From Frankiales bacterium (GTDB lineage: Bacteria; Actinomycetota; Actinomycetes; Mycobacteriales; Geodermatophilaceae), in contig JAODNJ010000403.1 in assembly GCA_025465155.1 (NCBI GenBank), positions 367 to 64,366 on the forward strand: DNA of 64,000 bases, written 5' to 3'. How positions within the stretch are numbered: the first letter of the stretch is position 1; every line of letters starts with the position of its first letter. The notes under the pieces were generated by a model. It was not told the origin of the DNA, made no database searches, and saw only the letters and a list, made by a program, of their open reading frames with translations. Both the position numbers and the translations under genes were made by a program. Of the stretch, positions 41,186 to 51,308 are shown in pieces.

Positions 41186-42616
41186 TCAGGTTCTGTACGT
41201 CGTGGTGGCGTCCGGCCCGGCAGAGGAGACGTCCTTGGACAGCCGGCGGGTGAGGAAGAGCCCCTCGAGGGCGAACTCGAGGGCCGCGGCCGCCTGCCCG
41301 GGTGACTCTCCGGACATTCCCAGCCGCTCCATGATCTTTGCCAGGCCGGGGACCTGGCCGATGCGCTTCAGCAGTTCGGTGGCCGAGATGAGCTCCCCCG
41401 AGTCCACGCTGTCCCCGGCGTCGAATTTGTCCAGCAGCCCGGACAGGTCGGCAGGTCCGAGTGTGCGCCGGTAGGTCTCGGCCGTGGCGCGCCGCAGCAG
41501 GTGCTCGAGCACCTCCTGCTCGCGGCCCTCCTCGCTCACCTCGAACTCGACCTTGCCGAGCAGGGTCGGCACCACGGCCGGCAGGTCGCAGACCCGGGCC
41601 ACGGGCTGCTGCTCTCCGGTGATGGCCGCTCGCCGGACCGCACCGGCGGCCACGGTCTCGGCGCCCGCGATGGCGAACCGGGCGGACACTCCGGATCGGG
41701 AGTCGACGGCCGTCGAGTCCCGGACCAGCCGGGTGAACCGGCCGATCACCTCGATGAGATGGTCGGGCATCTCCGCGCCCAGCGTGGACAGCTCGGCCTC
41801 CTGGCGGACGAGGTCGAGTTCGTCCTGGAGCTCCAGGGGATAGTGGGTGCGGATCTCGGCCCCGAAGCGGTCCTTGAGCGGAGTGATGATCCGGCCGCGG
41901 TTGGTGTAGTCCTCGGGGTTCGCGGTGGAGACGAGCAGGACGTCCAGCGGCAGGCGCAGGGTGTACCCGCGGACCTGGATGTCGCGCTCCTCCATCACGT
42001 TGAGCAGCGCGACCTGGATGCGCTCGGCGAGGTCGGGCAGCTCGTTGATCGCGACGATCCCGCGGTGCGCGCGCGGGACGAGTCCGAAGTGGATCGTTTC
42101 CGGGTCGCCCAGGCTGCGGCCTTCGGCCACCTTGACCGGGTCGACGTCGCCGATCAGGTCACCGACGGACGTGTCGGGCGTCGCCAGCTTCTCGGTGTAG
42201 CGGGCGTCGCGGTGCAGCCAGGCGACGGGCAGGTTGTCGCCGAGTTCGGCGGCGCGGCGGATCGACACCGGGGTGATCGGCGCGAGCGGGTGCTCGGCGA
42301 GCTCGGCACCCTCGATGACCGGCGTCCACTCGTCGAGCAGGCCGGCGAGGCTGCGCAGCAGGCGGGTCTTGCCCTGGCCGCGTTCGCCGAGCAGGACGAC
42401 GTCGTGTCCGGCGAGCAGTGCGCGTTCCAGCTGGGGCAGCACTGTCCGCGAGAACCCGACGATGCCGGGCCAGGGATCCACCCCGGCGCGCAGCGCGGCC
42501 AGCAGGTTGTCGTGGATCTCGGTTTTCACACCGCGCGGGACATGCCCGGCGGCACGGAGCTCCCCGGCGGTCCGGGGCAGGTTTGCGGGCGCGGAAGCAG
42601 GTGAAGACAGAGTCAC
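41186..42616 (-). CDS. Mg-chelatase-subunit-like AAA+ ATPase (Rv0958-like), apparently chimeric
   Basis: GERGQGKT, NELPDL, NPEDYTNRGRIITPLKDRFG. GTG 42616 lies within ORF 41186..43405. Confidence 0.92.
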   Translation of the reverse strand: MTLSSPASAPANLPRTAGELRAAGHVPRGVKTEIHDNLLAALRAGVDPWPGIVGFSRTVLPQLERALLAGHDVVLLGERGQGKTRLLRSLAGLLDEWTPVIEGAELAEHPLAPITPVSIRRAAELGDNLPVAWLHRDARYTEKLATPDTSVGDLIGDVDPVKVAEGRSLGDPETIHFGLVPRAHRGIVAINELPDLAERIQVALLNVMEERDIQVRGYTLRLPLDVLLVSTANPEDYTNRGRIITPLKDRFGAEIRTHYPLELQDELDLVRQEAELSTLGAEMPDHLIEVIGRFTRLVRDSTAVDSRSGVSARFAIAGAETVAAGAVRRAAITGEQQPVARVCDLPAVVPTLLGKVEFEVSEEGREQEVLEHLLRRATAETYRRTLGPADLSGLLDKFDAGDSVDSGELISATELLKRIGQVPGLAKIMERLGMSGESPGQAAAALEFALEGLFLTRRLSKDVSSAGPDATTTYRT

Positions 42617-42715
42617 TCCACCAACGCTACTTACCTGTTCGGCGAACGTCGACGTGGAGCTGCTCAAGGACGTCCGTTCCCCGGACGCGGACCGACCAGA
42701 GTAAAATCGACGGTC

Positions 42716-43510
42716 GTGTGCTGTCCGAGTGCGACTTTCGCCGTCTGGTCCTCCGCGTGGCTGAACGGTGCCGCGGCGTCCGACGATGTGCTGGATTCCC
42801 TGCAGTGCTGGGGACAGGCCCACGACGTGGTCGCCGCCGACCCGCGCGCGGCCGAAACCTTCGACCTGCCGCTGGCGTTCAACCGGCCCGCGACCCCGGT
42901 CCAGCTGCTGCTCGCGCTGCGCTCGCTGGCGGTCACCGATGTCCGGCTGGTGCTGCCGGCGCCGGGCGACGTCCGCGGTCTGGGTGGCGGCGGTCCGTTC
43001 ACTGCCGCCGCGCTGAGGGCTGGTGAAGCCGTCGTCGTCAGCGAGATCGGCTACGGACTGGTGCCGGAGTCGATCGCCGAGGGCCTGATGCGGTGGACCG
43101 TGTTCGCCCTGCCGAACCCCGCGCACGTCGAGCACGTCGGACTCGCCGACGCCGAGCACGGCATGACAGACGCCATCCGATCGAGCGCCGGAGCACTGCA
43201 GACGCTCAACGTGGCGCGCGAACGCCCCGGCGTCCGGGCCGAGTTGTCCGCACGCCTGCGATCCGCGCCCGAACCGGCATGGCCCGCCGGGACCCCCGGC
43301 CGCGCGCTCCGGGTGCTGCAGCGCGCCGAGGAGGTCGACGCGATCCTCGCACTGGCCCAGACCGACGAACCCGGCGGCGCGCTTTCGGCGTCCGCGGCCG
43401 TCCAACGCGCCGACGCGCTACGCCCGCTGTCCGACGCCATCCGCACCGCCCGCGCCGCCGCCGTCAACGAGACCGTACGAGTCTTCGCCGAACAACCCGA
43501 CCGGCTGTAG
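42716..43510 (+). CDS. Conserved hypothetical protein (Rv1486c-like, convergent on ferrochelatase)
   Basis: MCCPS...W..AWL.G.AA.DDVLD, LP.PGDVRGL, AL.AGEAV recalled from the mycobacterial protein; same position. Confidence 0.7.
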   Translation: MCCPSATFAVWSSAWLNGAAASDDVLDSLQCWGQAHDVVAADPRAAETFDLPLAFNRPATPVQLLLALRSLAVTDVRLVLPAPGDVRGLGGGGPFTAAALRAGEAVVVSEIGYGLVPESIAEGLMRWTVFALPNPAHVEHVGLADAEHGMTDAIRSSAGALQTLNVARERPGVRAELSARLRSAPEPAWPAGTPGRALRVLQRAEEVDAILALAQTDEPGGALSASAAVQRADALRPLSDAIRTARAAAVNETVRVFAEQPDRL

Positions 43511-43570
43511 GACTCGTGCGTGTTCCGGCCGGTTAGAAGCGGGTTAGAAGCGGCCGGAACGCTCACGAGT
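43511..43570. repeat. Palindromic REP-like element, family B copy 1
   Basis: actcgtg..gttccggcc-(ggttagaagcg)x2-gccggaacgctcacgagt, between convergent stops. Confidence 0.8.
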
Positions 43571-43572
43571 TT

Positions 43573-44610
43573 CTACGGGCGTTTCGCGGGTTCGCAGCAG
43601 GAGATGGCGCAGGGGGCGCCGTTGAGGGTGCAGCCCGCGGCCGGGAAGCCGGAAAGCTTGCGGGGCGAAGCGTCTTCGAGGTGCTCGCGGATCAGTTCGA
43701 CAACAAGTTCGGCGAAGCGCGGATCGGTGCCTGGGGTGGCCACCCTGGCGAACGCCATCCCCAGCTCGGCCGCCTTCTCCGCGGCCTCGTTGTCGAGGTC
43801 CCAGATCACCTCGAGATGGTCGGAAACGAACCCGACCGGGCAGACGACGACCGAGGTGACGCCCTGGGCGTGCAGAGCCTCGATATGGTCGACGATGTCC
43901 GGCTCCAGCCACGGAACCTGGGGCGGGCCGGAGCGCGACTGCCAGACGAGATCGTAGGACTCGATGCCGACCTCGGCGGCGACGAGACGGGCCGCTTCGG
44001 CAATCTGGCGCGAGTAGAGGTACCCGCCTTCGGCCGGCGGACCGGCCGCCTTGTCCGCGCTGGACGGGACCGAGTGCGCGCAGAACACCGTGCGCGTGTC
44101 CGCCCGGTCGCCGAGTTCGGCGTGGGCCGTCCGCAGTGCGTCGGCGAACGCCCCGATGAACAGCGGGTGGTCGAAGAACTGGCGCAGCTTGACCAACTCC
44201 GGCGCGTTTTCGCCGAGCGACGCCTGGATGCGCCGGATGTCTTCGTCGTACTGGCGGCACGCCGAATAGCCGCCGTAAGCGCTGGTCGGGAAGACGAGCG
44301 CCTTCGCGACGCCGTCGGCGGTCATGGTGGCCGCGGTGTCCTCGGCCATCGGCTGCCAGTTGCGGTTGCCGAAGTAGACCGGCAGGTCGATGCCCTCGAC
44401 CGCGAGCCGCTTCTCCACCGCGGCGATGGCATCGCGATTGAGGCCGTTGATCGGCGAGACCCCGCCGAAGTGGTGGTAGTGCTCGGCGACTTCGAGCAGC
44501 CGCTCCCGGGGCACCCCCCGACCCCGCGTCACGTTCTCGAGGAACGGCATGACCTCGTCAGGGCCTTCGGGTCCACCGAAGGAAAGCCAGAGCAGCGCGT
44601 CGTAACCCAC
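43573..44610 (-). CDS. hemH: Ferrochelatase (coproporphyrin ferrochelatase type in actinobacteria)
   Basis: [30 protein letters not shown]...[17 protein letters not shown]. Confidence 0.96.
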   Translation of the reverse strand: MGYDALLWLSFGGPEGPDEVMPFLENVTRGRGVPRERLLEVAEHYHHFGGVSPINGLNRDAIAAVEKRLAVEGIDLPVYFGNRNWQPMAEDTAATMTADGVAKALVFPTSAYGGYSACRQYDEDIRRIQASLGENAPELVKLRQFFDHPLFIGAFADALRTAHAELGDRADTRTVFCAHSVPSSADKAAGPPAEGGYLYSRQIAEAARLVAAEVGIESYDLVWQSRSGPPQVPWLEPDIVDHIEALHAQGVTSVVVCPVGFVSDHLEVIWDLDNEAAEKAAELGMAFARVATPGTDPRFAELVVELIREHLEDASPRKLSGFPAAGCTLNGAPCAISCCEPAKRP

Positions 44611-44655
44611 TCCCCCATCTTGCCGCTGTGGCGGCCCCCACGCTGACCCGGGACC

Positions 44656-44694
44656 GACTCGGGGACCTTCCGCGTGCGAAAGGTCCCCCGAGTC
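44656..44694. repeat. Palindromic REP-like element, family A copy 1
   Basis: gactcggggaccttc-cgcgtgcg-aaaggtcccccgagtc. Confidence 0.7.
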
Positions 44695-44709
44695 GAGCTT
44701 GAACGTGGA

Positions 44710-45477
44710 TCAGATGCCGAGCGCGTGCACTCCACCGTCGACCATGATCATCGAGCCGGTCGTCGACGGCAGCCAGTCCGACAGCACGGCGCAGACGGTC
44801 TTCGCGACCGGGATCGGGTCAGAGCTGTCCCAGCCGAGCGGCGCGCGATCGTTCCAGCCGTCCTCCAGGTCGGCGAAGCCGGGGATGGACTTCGCGGCCA
44901 TCGTCTTCATCGGGCCCGCGCTGACCAGGTTGACCCGGATGCCCTGTGGGCCGAGGTCGCGCGCGAGGTAGCGGTTGACCGACTCCAGTGCCGCCTTCGC
45001 GACGCCCATCCAGTTGTAGGCGGGCCAGGCGACACGCGCGTCGAAGTCCATGCCGACGATCGACGCGCCGCGGCTCAGCAGCGGCAGCGTCGCCACGGCG
45101 AGCGACTTGAAGGAGAACGCCGACACGTCGACGGCAACGGAGACATCGGCCGACGGCGCGTCGAGGAACGGCGCGCCCAGGCAGGTCTGCGGCGCGAAGC
45201 CGACGGAGTGCAGCACACCGTCGAGGCCGTCGACGTGCTCGCGAACGCGGTCTGCCAGCGAAGCGAGCTGCTCCTCGTTGGTCACGTCGAGCTCGAGCAC
45301 CGGCGCGGGCTCGGGGAGCCGCTTCGCGATGCGCTCGACGAGCGACATCCTGCCGAAGCCGGTCAGGATGACCGTCGCACCCTGCTCCTGAGCGAGCTTC
45401 GCGGCGTGGAATGCCAGCGAGGCGTCGGTGATGATGCCGGTGACGAGCAGGCGCTTACCTTCGAGAATTCCGGGCAC
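44710..45477 (-). CDS. inhA: Enoyl-ACP reductase (InhA/FabI)
   Basis: [35 protein letters not shown]; GTG start after GGAG. Confidence 0.96.
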   Translation of the reverse strand: MPGILEGKRLLVTGIITDASLAFHAAKLAQEQGATVILTGFGRMSLVERIAKRLPEPAPVLELDVTNEEQLASLADRVREHVDGLDGVLHSVGFAPQTCLGAPFLDAPSADVSVAVDVSAFSFKSLAVATLPLLSRGASIVGMDFDARVAWPAYNWMGVAKAALESVNRYLARDLGPQGIRVNLVSAGPMKTMAAKSIPGFADLEDGWNDRAPLGWDSSDPIPVAKTVCAVLSDWLPSTTGSMIMVDGGVHALGI

Positions 45478-45524
45478 TCTGGTCTCCAAGTTCGTTCGGG
45501 AACGTTTCGGGGTGGAACGCGGGC

Positions 45525-46271
<747 letters not shown>

Positions 46272-46456
46272 TTATCGGCTCGGCCCGCCCCCGCCGAATC
46301 CGCGCCACCGCTACCCCCAAGTAACCACGACCAGGTCAGATACGGTTCCCGCGGCACGCCGCCCCCACCGCTGGTGACCACGGTGAGCCGAGCCACAGCG
46401 GCTGCGTCGATGCGGCGTTCACCACATCTTTCACGTCGCGGGTGTCGGGGGTCGGG

Positions 46457-46514
46457 ACTCGCGAGCGTTCCGACCGGTTCTAGGCTGGTTCTAGGCGGCG
46501 GGAACACTCACGAC
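46457..46514. repeat. Palindromic REP-like element, family B copy 2 (opposite orientation to copy 1)
   Basis: actcgcgagcgttccgacc-ggttctaggct-ggttctaggc-ggcgggaacactcacga aligns with the reverse complement of 43511-43570. Confidence 0.8.
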
Positions 46515-46561
46515 CGGGCGCCACGACGGACCTCGACACCACCCCGTGGTGGAATGTGCGG

Positions 46562-47032
46562 GTGTTCCGCATCCTGTTCTACCACCCGGAGATCCCCGGC
46601 AATACCGGCAACGCGATCCGCCTCGCCGCGAACACCGGGTGCGAGCTGCACCTCGTCGAGCCGCTCGGCTTCAACTTCGAGGACAAGCAGCTCAAGCGGG
46701 CCGGGCTCGACTACCACGACCTCGCGCGGGTGACCGTCCACGCGGACCTCGACGCGGCGTGGAAGGTACTCCTCCCGGCGACCGTGTACGCCTTCACCGC
46801 GGCCGCGACCCGGCAGTACACCGACGCCGTCTACGCGCCCGGCGACGTGCTGATGTACGGGCCGGAGTCGGTCGGCCTGCCCCTCGAAGTCCAGCAGGCC
46901 GCGGAGGTCACCGACCGGCTGCGCCTGCCGATGATCCCCGCGTCCCGTTCGCTGAACCTCGCCAACACCGTCGCGATCAGCGTGTACGAGGCATGGCGCC
47001 AGCTCGACTTCTCAGGGCAGTCGGCTTCTTAG
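46562..47032 (+). CDS. trmL: tRNA (cytidine(34)-2'-O)-methyltransferase
   Basis: PEIPGNTGN, LKRAGLDY, GPESVGL, RSLNLAN. Start 46556 or 46562. Confidence 0.93.
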   Translation: MFRILFYHPEIPGNTGNAIRLAANTGCELHLVEPLGFNFEDKQLKRAGLDYHDLARVTVHADLDAAWKVLLPATVYAFTAAATRQYTDAVYAPGDVLMYGPESVGLPLEVQQAAEVTDRLRLPMIPASRSLNLANTVAISVYEAWRQLDFSGQSAS

Positions 47033-47054
47033 GGCAGTCGGCTTCTTAGGGCAG
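47014..47054 (+). repeat. 17-bp tandem duplication at the convergent trmL/vWA stops
   Basis: (agggcagtcggcttctt)x2 followed by agggcag. Confidence 0.9.
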
Positions 47055-48026
47055 GCGCTGACCGATCACCAGTGAGCTGCCCGCGGCCGCCAGCAGCAGC
47101 AGGGTGCCCAGGATGATCCACGACCTGCTCGCGTCGGTGTCCTTGAGCTCGTAGCCGATCTGCTCGCCGAGCGTCGCGTAGACGGCCTTCAGTTGCTCGG
47201 CCGTCACCGCCTTGTGGAAGTCCCCGCCCGAAAGGCGCGCGATCTCCTGCAACGACGCGTCGTCGACGGCGACTTCCTGCTGCTGGCCCTCGATCATCAC
47301 CGCGCCGTGCGAGGTGCCGAACGAAATGGTCGAGATGGGCACGCCCTGCTGCTTCGCGGCCTGCGCGGCGGTGTACGAACCACGCGGATCGGACTCGTCG
47401 CGCGGCACGGTCTGCTTGCCGTCGCTCATCAACACGATCCGGGCCGGCGGCGGTCCGTCGACCCCGCTGACCACCGACGAGAACGTGTCGATCTGCTGCA
47501 GCGCGGAGAAAATCCCCTCACCGGTGGCTGTCGACTGCGCGAGCTTCAGGTTGTCGATCGCCTTGACCACGCCGGTGCGCTCGGTCGTCGGCGCGACGAG
47601 CACGGTCGCCGTGCCGGCGAACGAGATCAGGCCGAGGTTGACGCCCGGGGTGAGGCCCTGCGCGAACTGCGTCGCCGCTTCCTGTGCCGCCTTCAGCCGT
47701 GTCGGAGCGACGTCGGTTGCCTCCATCGACAACGAAACGTCGATCACCAGCATCACCGTGGCACGGTTGCGTGGCACCTTCTGCTCCGCGGTCGGACCGG
47801 CCAGCGACACCGTCAGAACGATGAGCGAGACGATCATCAGCGCCGCCGGCACATGCCGGATCCAGCCCTGACGCTTCGGCGCGACCTTGTCCAGCAGCTC
47901 CAGATTGGCGAACCGCATGGTGCGCCGGCGCCGCGACCGCTGCACGAGGACGTACCCCGCGACGAGCGCGGCCACCGCCAGCAGCAGCAGGAACCACCAC
48001 GGCGCCGCGAAACCCGACAGGCTCAC
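47046..48026 (-). CDS. Membrane vWA protein (Rv1481/BatA-like)
   Basis: BatA-type N-terminus, DVSLSM, TATGEG, MSDG, C-terminal TM. Confidence 0.92.
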   Translation of the reverse strand: MSLSGFAAPWWFLLLLAVAALVAGYVLVQRSRRRRTMRFANLELLDKVAPKRQGWIRHVPAALMIVSLIVLTVSLAGPTAEQKVPRNRATVMLVIDVSLSMEATDVAPTRLKAAQEAATQFAQGLTPGVNLGLISFAGTATVLVAPTTERTGVVKAIDNLKLAQSTATGEGIFSALQQIDTFSSVVSGVDGPPPARIVLMSDGKQTVPRDESDPRGSYTAAQAAKQQGVPISTISFGTSHGAVMIEGQQQEVAVDDASLQEIARLSGGDFHKAVTAEQLKAVYATLGEQIGYELKDTDASRSWIILGTLLLLAAAGSSLVIGQRLP

Positions 48027-48970
48027 GCCACTCCCCCCGACCAGCGGCGCTTGCGCGCGACGACGAACCGCACCATGTCCGCGATCCAGTCCGAATCCGT
48101 CCGCAGCACCAGGTGCCCGGCTCCGGCACGGCGCAGCGCGGCGGCCACTTCCTGCCGGTGCGCGTGCGCGGCCGCGCCGAACTCCTTACGCAGCAACGCC
48201 GAAGCGTGCACTTCGCGCTGCTTCCCGGTTTCCGGGTCGGCCAGTACGACCGTGCCGACGTCGGGCAGGTCCACATCGCGCGGGTCGACGATCTCGATCC
48301 CGATCAGTTCGTGGCGCGACGACAACGCGCGCAGCGGACCCTGCCACGTCGTGTCGCCCAGGAAGTCCGAGATGACCACGGCCAGGCCGCGGCGCCTCGG
48401 CGGACGACGCAACTGCTCGACCGCCGCGGCGAGGTCGCCTCGGGTGCCTTCGGGCGCTCTCGGCGTCTCCGCGAGCTTCCGCACCATGCCCCTGGCGTGC
48501 GGTAACCCGCCCCGGGCCGGTACGCGCACCGCGTCGGAACCGGTGGAGATCAACGCGCCGAGCCGGTTGCCACCGCCGCCGGTCAGATGCGCGATCGCGG
48601 CGACCGCGCACACGACGAGGTCGCGCTTCTCGCACAGCGCGGTGCCGAAGTCCAGGCTGGCCGACAGGTCGGCGACCACCCAGGTCTCCAGTTCGCGGTC
48701 CGCGACGGTCTCGCGGATGTGCGGGGTCGTGGTGCGCGCGGTGACCGCCCAGTCCATCCGGCGCACGTCGTCGCCGGGCTGGTACGGGCGTGCTTCACCC
48801 GGCTCCGAGCCCGGCCCCGGCACCAGGCCGAGGTGGTTGCCCTGCAGGAGTCCGTCCAAGCGTCGGCGGACTTCGAGCTCCAGCGTGCGCAGCCCGGCCT
48901 CGAGCCGCTCGCCGCGCAACACCGGCGGCGCCCAGGACGGGCGCCCCTGATCGTCCTTCACGGTCGCCAC
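48023..48970 (-). CDS. DUF58 family protein (Rv1480-like)
   Basis: RPYQPGDDVRRMDW, DLSASLDFG, VISDFL. Confidence 0.92.
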   Translation of the reverse strand: MATVKDDQGRPSWAPPVLRGERLEAGLRTLELEVRRRLDGLLQGNHLGLVPGPGSEPGEARPYQPGDDVRRMDWAVTARTTTPHIRETVADRELETWVVADLSASLDFGTALCEKRDLVVCAVAAIAHLTGGGGNRLGALISTGSDAVRVPARGGLPHARGMVRKLAETPRAPEGTRGDLAAAVEQLRRPPRRRGLAVVISDFLGDTTWQGPLRALSSRHELIGIEIVDPRDVDLPDVGTVVLADPETGKQREVHASALLRKEFGAAAHAHRQEVAAALRRAGAGHLVLRTDSDWIADMVRFVVARKRRWSGGVA

Positions 48971-50037
48971 TACCGGCCCGGCACACCCGCCGGCACCGGC
49001 TGCCCCGAACCCCCCTGCGGGCGGGCGGAGACCTGGGGCAGCGGGACGGTCTGCAGGACGCGGGTGATGATGTGGTCGATCGGCACGCCGTCGGCGAGCG
49101 CGTCGTAGGACAGCACGAGCCGGTGGCGCAGCACGTCCGGGACGACGTCGACGACGTCCTGCGGCAGCACGTAGTCGCGGCCGCGGATCAGGGCCAGCGC
49201 GCGGGACGCGGCGATGATGCCGAGGCTCGCGCGCGGCGAGGCACCGTACGACACCCAGCCCGCGACGTCGGCCAGGCCGTGCTCGTTCGGGGTACGGGTC
49301 GTCAGCACGACACGGACGACGTAGTCGACGAGCGCGTGGTGCACGAACACCTGCGAGGCGACACCCTGCAGCCGCACCAGCTCCTGCGGGCTCAACACCT
49401 CGTGCGGCTCCGGCGGAGTGACACCCATCCGGTAGACGATTTCGCGTTCTTCCTCGGCCGTGGGGTACTCGACCAGGATCTTGAACAGGAACCTGTCGCG
49501 CTGCGCCTCGGGAAGCGGGTAGACGCCCTCGTTCTCGATCGGGTTCTGCGTGGCGAGGACCAGGAACGGGTCGGGCATCGGGAAGGTCTTGCCGCCGATG
49601 GTCACGTGCCGCTCGGCCATCACCTCGAGCATCGCCGACTGCACCTTCGCCGGCGCGCGGTTGATCTCGTCGGCGAGGACGAAGTTCGCCACGACCGGGC
49701 CGAGCTCGACGTCGAACCGCTCGGCGCCCTGGCGGTAGATCCGGGTGCCGAGGATGTCGGCGGGCACCAGGTCCGGGGTGAACTGCAGGCGGGAGAACGT
49801 GCCGCCGACCACCCTGGCGAAGGTTTCGACCGCGAGGGTCTTCGCGACCCCGGGGACTCCTTCGAGCAGCATGTGGCCCTTGGCCAGCAGCCCGACGAGC
49901 ATGCGCTCGACCAGCCTGTCCTGGCCGACGATCACCCGCTTGACCTCGAACACGGTCCGCTCCAGCAACTGGGCGTCCCGCGCTGGCGTTCCGGCTTGCT
50001 GGCCGCCTGCGCCCTCGGCGTAGCCGGGCTCGGTCAC
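48970..50037 (-). CDS. moxR: MoxR-family AAA+ ATPase
   Basis: EGVPGVAKT, QFTPDLVPAD, DEINRAPAKVQSA, TQNPIE, DRF; GAGGAGG RBS. Confidence 0.95.
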   Translation of the reverse strand: MTEPGYAEGAGGQQAGTPARDAQLLERTVFEVKRVIVGQDRLVERMLVGLLAKGHMLLEGVPGVAKTLAVETFARVVGGTFSRLQFTPDLVPADILGTRIYRQGAERFDVELGPVVANFVLADEINRAPAKVQSAMLEVMAERHVTIGGKTFPMPDPFLVLATQNPIENEGVYPLPEAQRDRFLFKILVEYPTAEEEREIVYRMGVTPPEPHEVLSPQELVRLQGVASQVFVHHALVDYVVRVVLTTRTPNEHGLADVAGWVSYGASPRASLGIIAASRALALIRGRDYVLPQDVVDVVPDVLRHRLVLSYDALADGVPIDHIITRVLQTVPLPQVSARPQGGSGQPVPAGVPGR

Positions 50038-50115
50038 GGTGCCTCCTCGCTGATGATCACTGGTGCTCGCGCACGGTACTGGAACGCGTCTGTACGCGAC
50101 GGTAGCCAACCGGAC

Positions 50116-50691
50116 TCACGGTATGACGGGGGTAAAGCGGTCTAGATCCTCCGGCGTGTCGATGTCGGCGCTCTCCCCCTGCTCGGCGAGCACCTCGACG
50201 ATCTCCAGCCCGCCGAGCATCCGGCGCAGCGACGCGCCTGCCACCCGTTCGGGCAGCGCCCGCCGCAGTGAACCGGCGCGCCAGGCGCCGATGAGCCACT
50301 GCCGGTGGCCCGTGTCGTCGACGAGCACCGCGCCATCCGCCCGGCCCACCGCCGCGACCACCTTGTCCACAGTGGACCGGCGAACTCCGGCGAGGTCCGC
50401 GGCGAGGACGACGACAAGGCCCTCTGCCCCGGTCTCCAAGGCGTCGAGACCGGCTGCGAGCGCGGCCACCGGTCCGCTGCCCGGCTCAGCCTCCCGCGTC
50501 CACACCACCCCGGGGAAACCGGCGCGCTCCGGCCCGACCACCACGATCGGGCTCACCTCGCCCAGCGCTTCGATCGCCCTCGCCAGCAGAGACTTCCCAC
50601 CGACCACCAGAACGGACTTGTCCACACCGGAAAGCCGGCGGGCCGCTCCGCCCGCCACGATGATTCCGCCGGCGACTTCCGTGCCGGCCAT
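50116..50691 (-). CDS. mobA: Molybdenum cofactor guanylyltransferase-like NTP transferase
   Basis: IVAGGAARRLSGVDK, GPVAAL, LAADL, DIDTPEDL. Confidence 0.8.
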   Translation of the reverse strand: MAGTEVAGGIIVAGGAARRLSGVDKSVLVVGGKSLLARAIEALGEVSPIVVVGPERAGFPGVVWTREAEPGSGPVAALAAGLDALETGAEGLVVVLAADLAGVRRSTVDKVVAAVGRADGAVLVDDTGHRQWLIGAWRAGSLRRALPERVAGASLRRMLGGLEIVEVLAEQGESADIDTPEDLDRFTPVIP

Positions 50692-51203
50692 TACTCCCCA
50701 ACCTGCCCGCCGGCGAGCTCGGCGACGATGTCCAAGTGCCCGACGTGCCGCGCGTACTCCTGCACCAGGTGGAAGAGCACGCGCTCAAGAGGCGGCGGCT
50801 CGCCGCCGTTCCAGCGCGGGCCTGGCTTGCCGATCGCGGCGAGGTCGGCGGCGTCGACGACGACGGCCCTGGTATGCGCCGCCCGGGAGCGCAGCGCCGC
50901 GCTCAGTTCGTCGAGCGTCTCCTCGGGAGCGACGTACCAGCGGTCGTCACGGCGGTCCCCCCACGGCTCGGCGACCTCGCGGCCCTCGAACCCCCATTCG
51001 ATCCACCGCAGCTCGACGAAGGTCAGGTGCTTGAGTAGCTCCAACGGCGTCCATCCCGACGGAAGGCCGCTCTGACGCAGTGCGCCGGCCGGAAGGCTCT
51101 CGACCTTGTCCAGGACCTGCGAACGGAAGTAGTCCAAGTAACCGAGGAAGACTTCGCCCCTCGACGAAGCAGGGACGGTCGGTTCCGGGAAATCCACGCT
51201 CAT
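50691..51203 (-). CDS. DinB/DUF664 family protein
   Basis: LKHLTFVE.RW, LFHLVQEYARHVGHLDI. Confidence 0.88.
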   Translation of the reverse strand: MSVDFPEPTVPASSRGEVFLGYLDYFRSQVLDKVESLPAGALRQSGLPSGWTPLELLKHLTFVELRWIEWGFEGREVAEPWGDRRDDRWYVAPEETLDELSAALRSRAAHTRAVVVDAADLAAIGKPGPRWNGGEPPPLERVLFHLVQEYARHVGHLDIVAELAGGQVGE

Positions 51204-51308
51204 CGGGCGAGTATGCCCGGCCTTCCGCGCTGATGCGGATACCACGGCTAGGCGCCCACAGTCGGACTGCACAATCATGCACAACGTCACCACCACCGCG
51301 GGAAGGCC

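Noticed and set aside
33792-43405. N-terminal extensions of cbs (from 33792) and the chelatase-like ATPase (from 43405); likewise efeB (from 63055) and the methyltransferase (from 13009)
   Set aside because: The extensions overlap genuine genes on the other strand or in another frame, and RBS-supported starts lie downstream.
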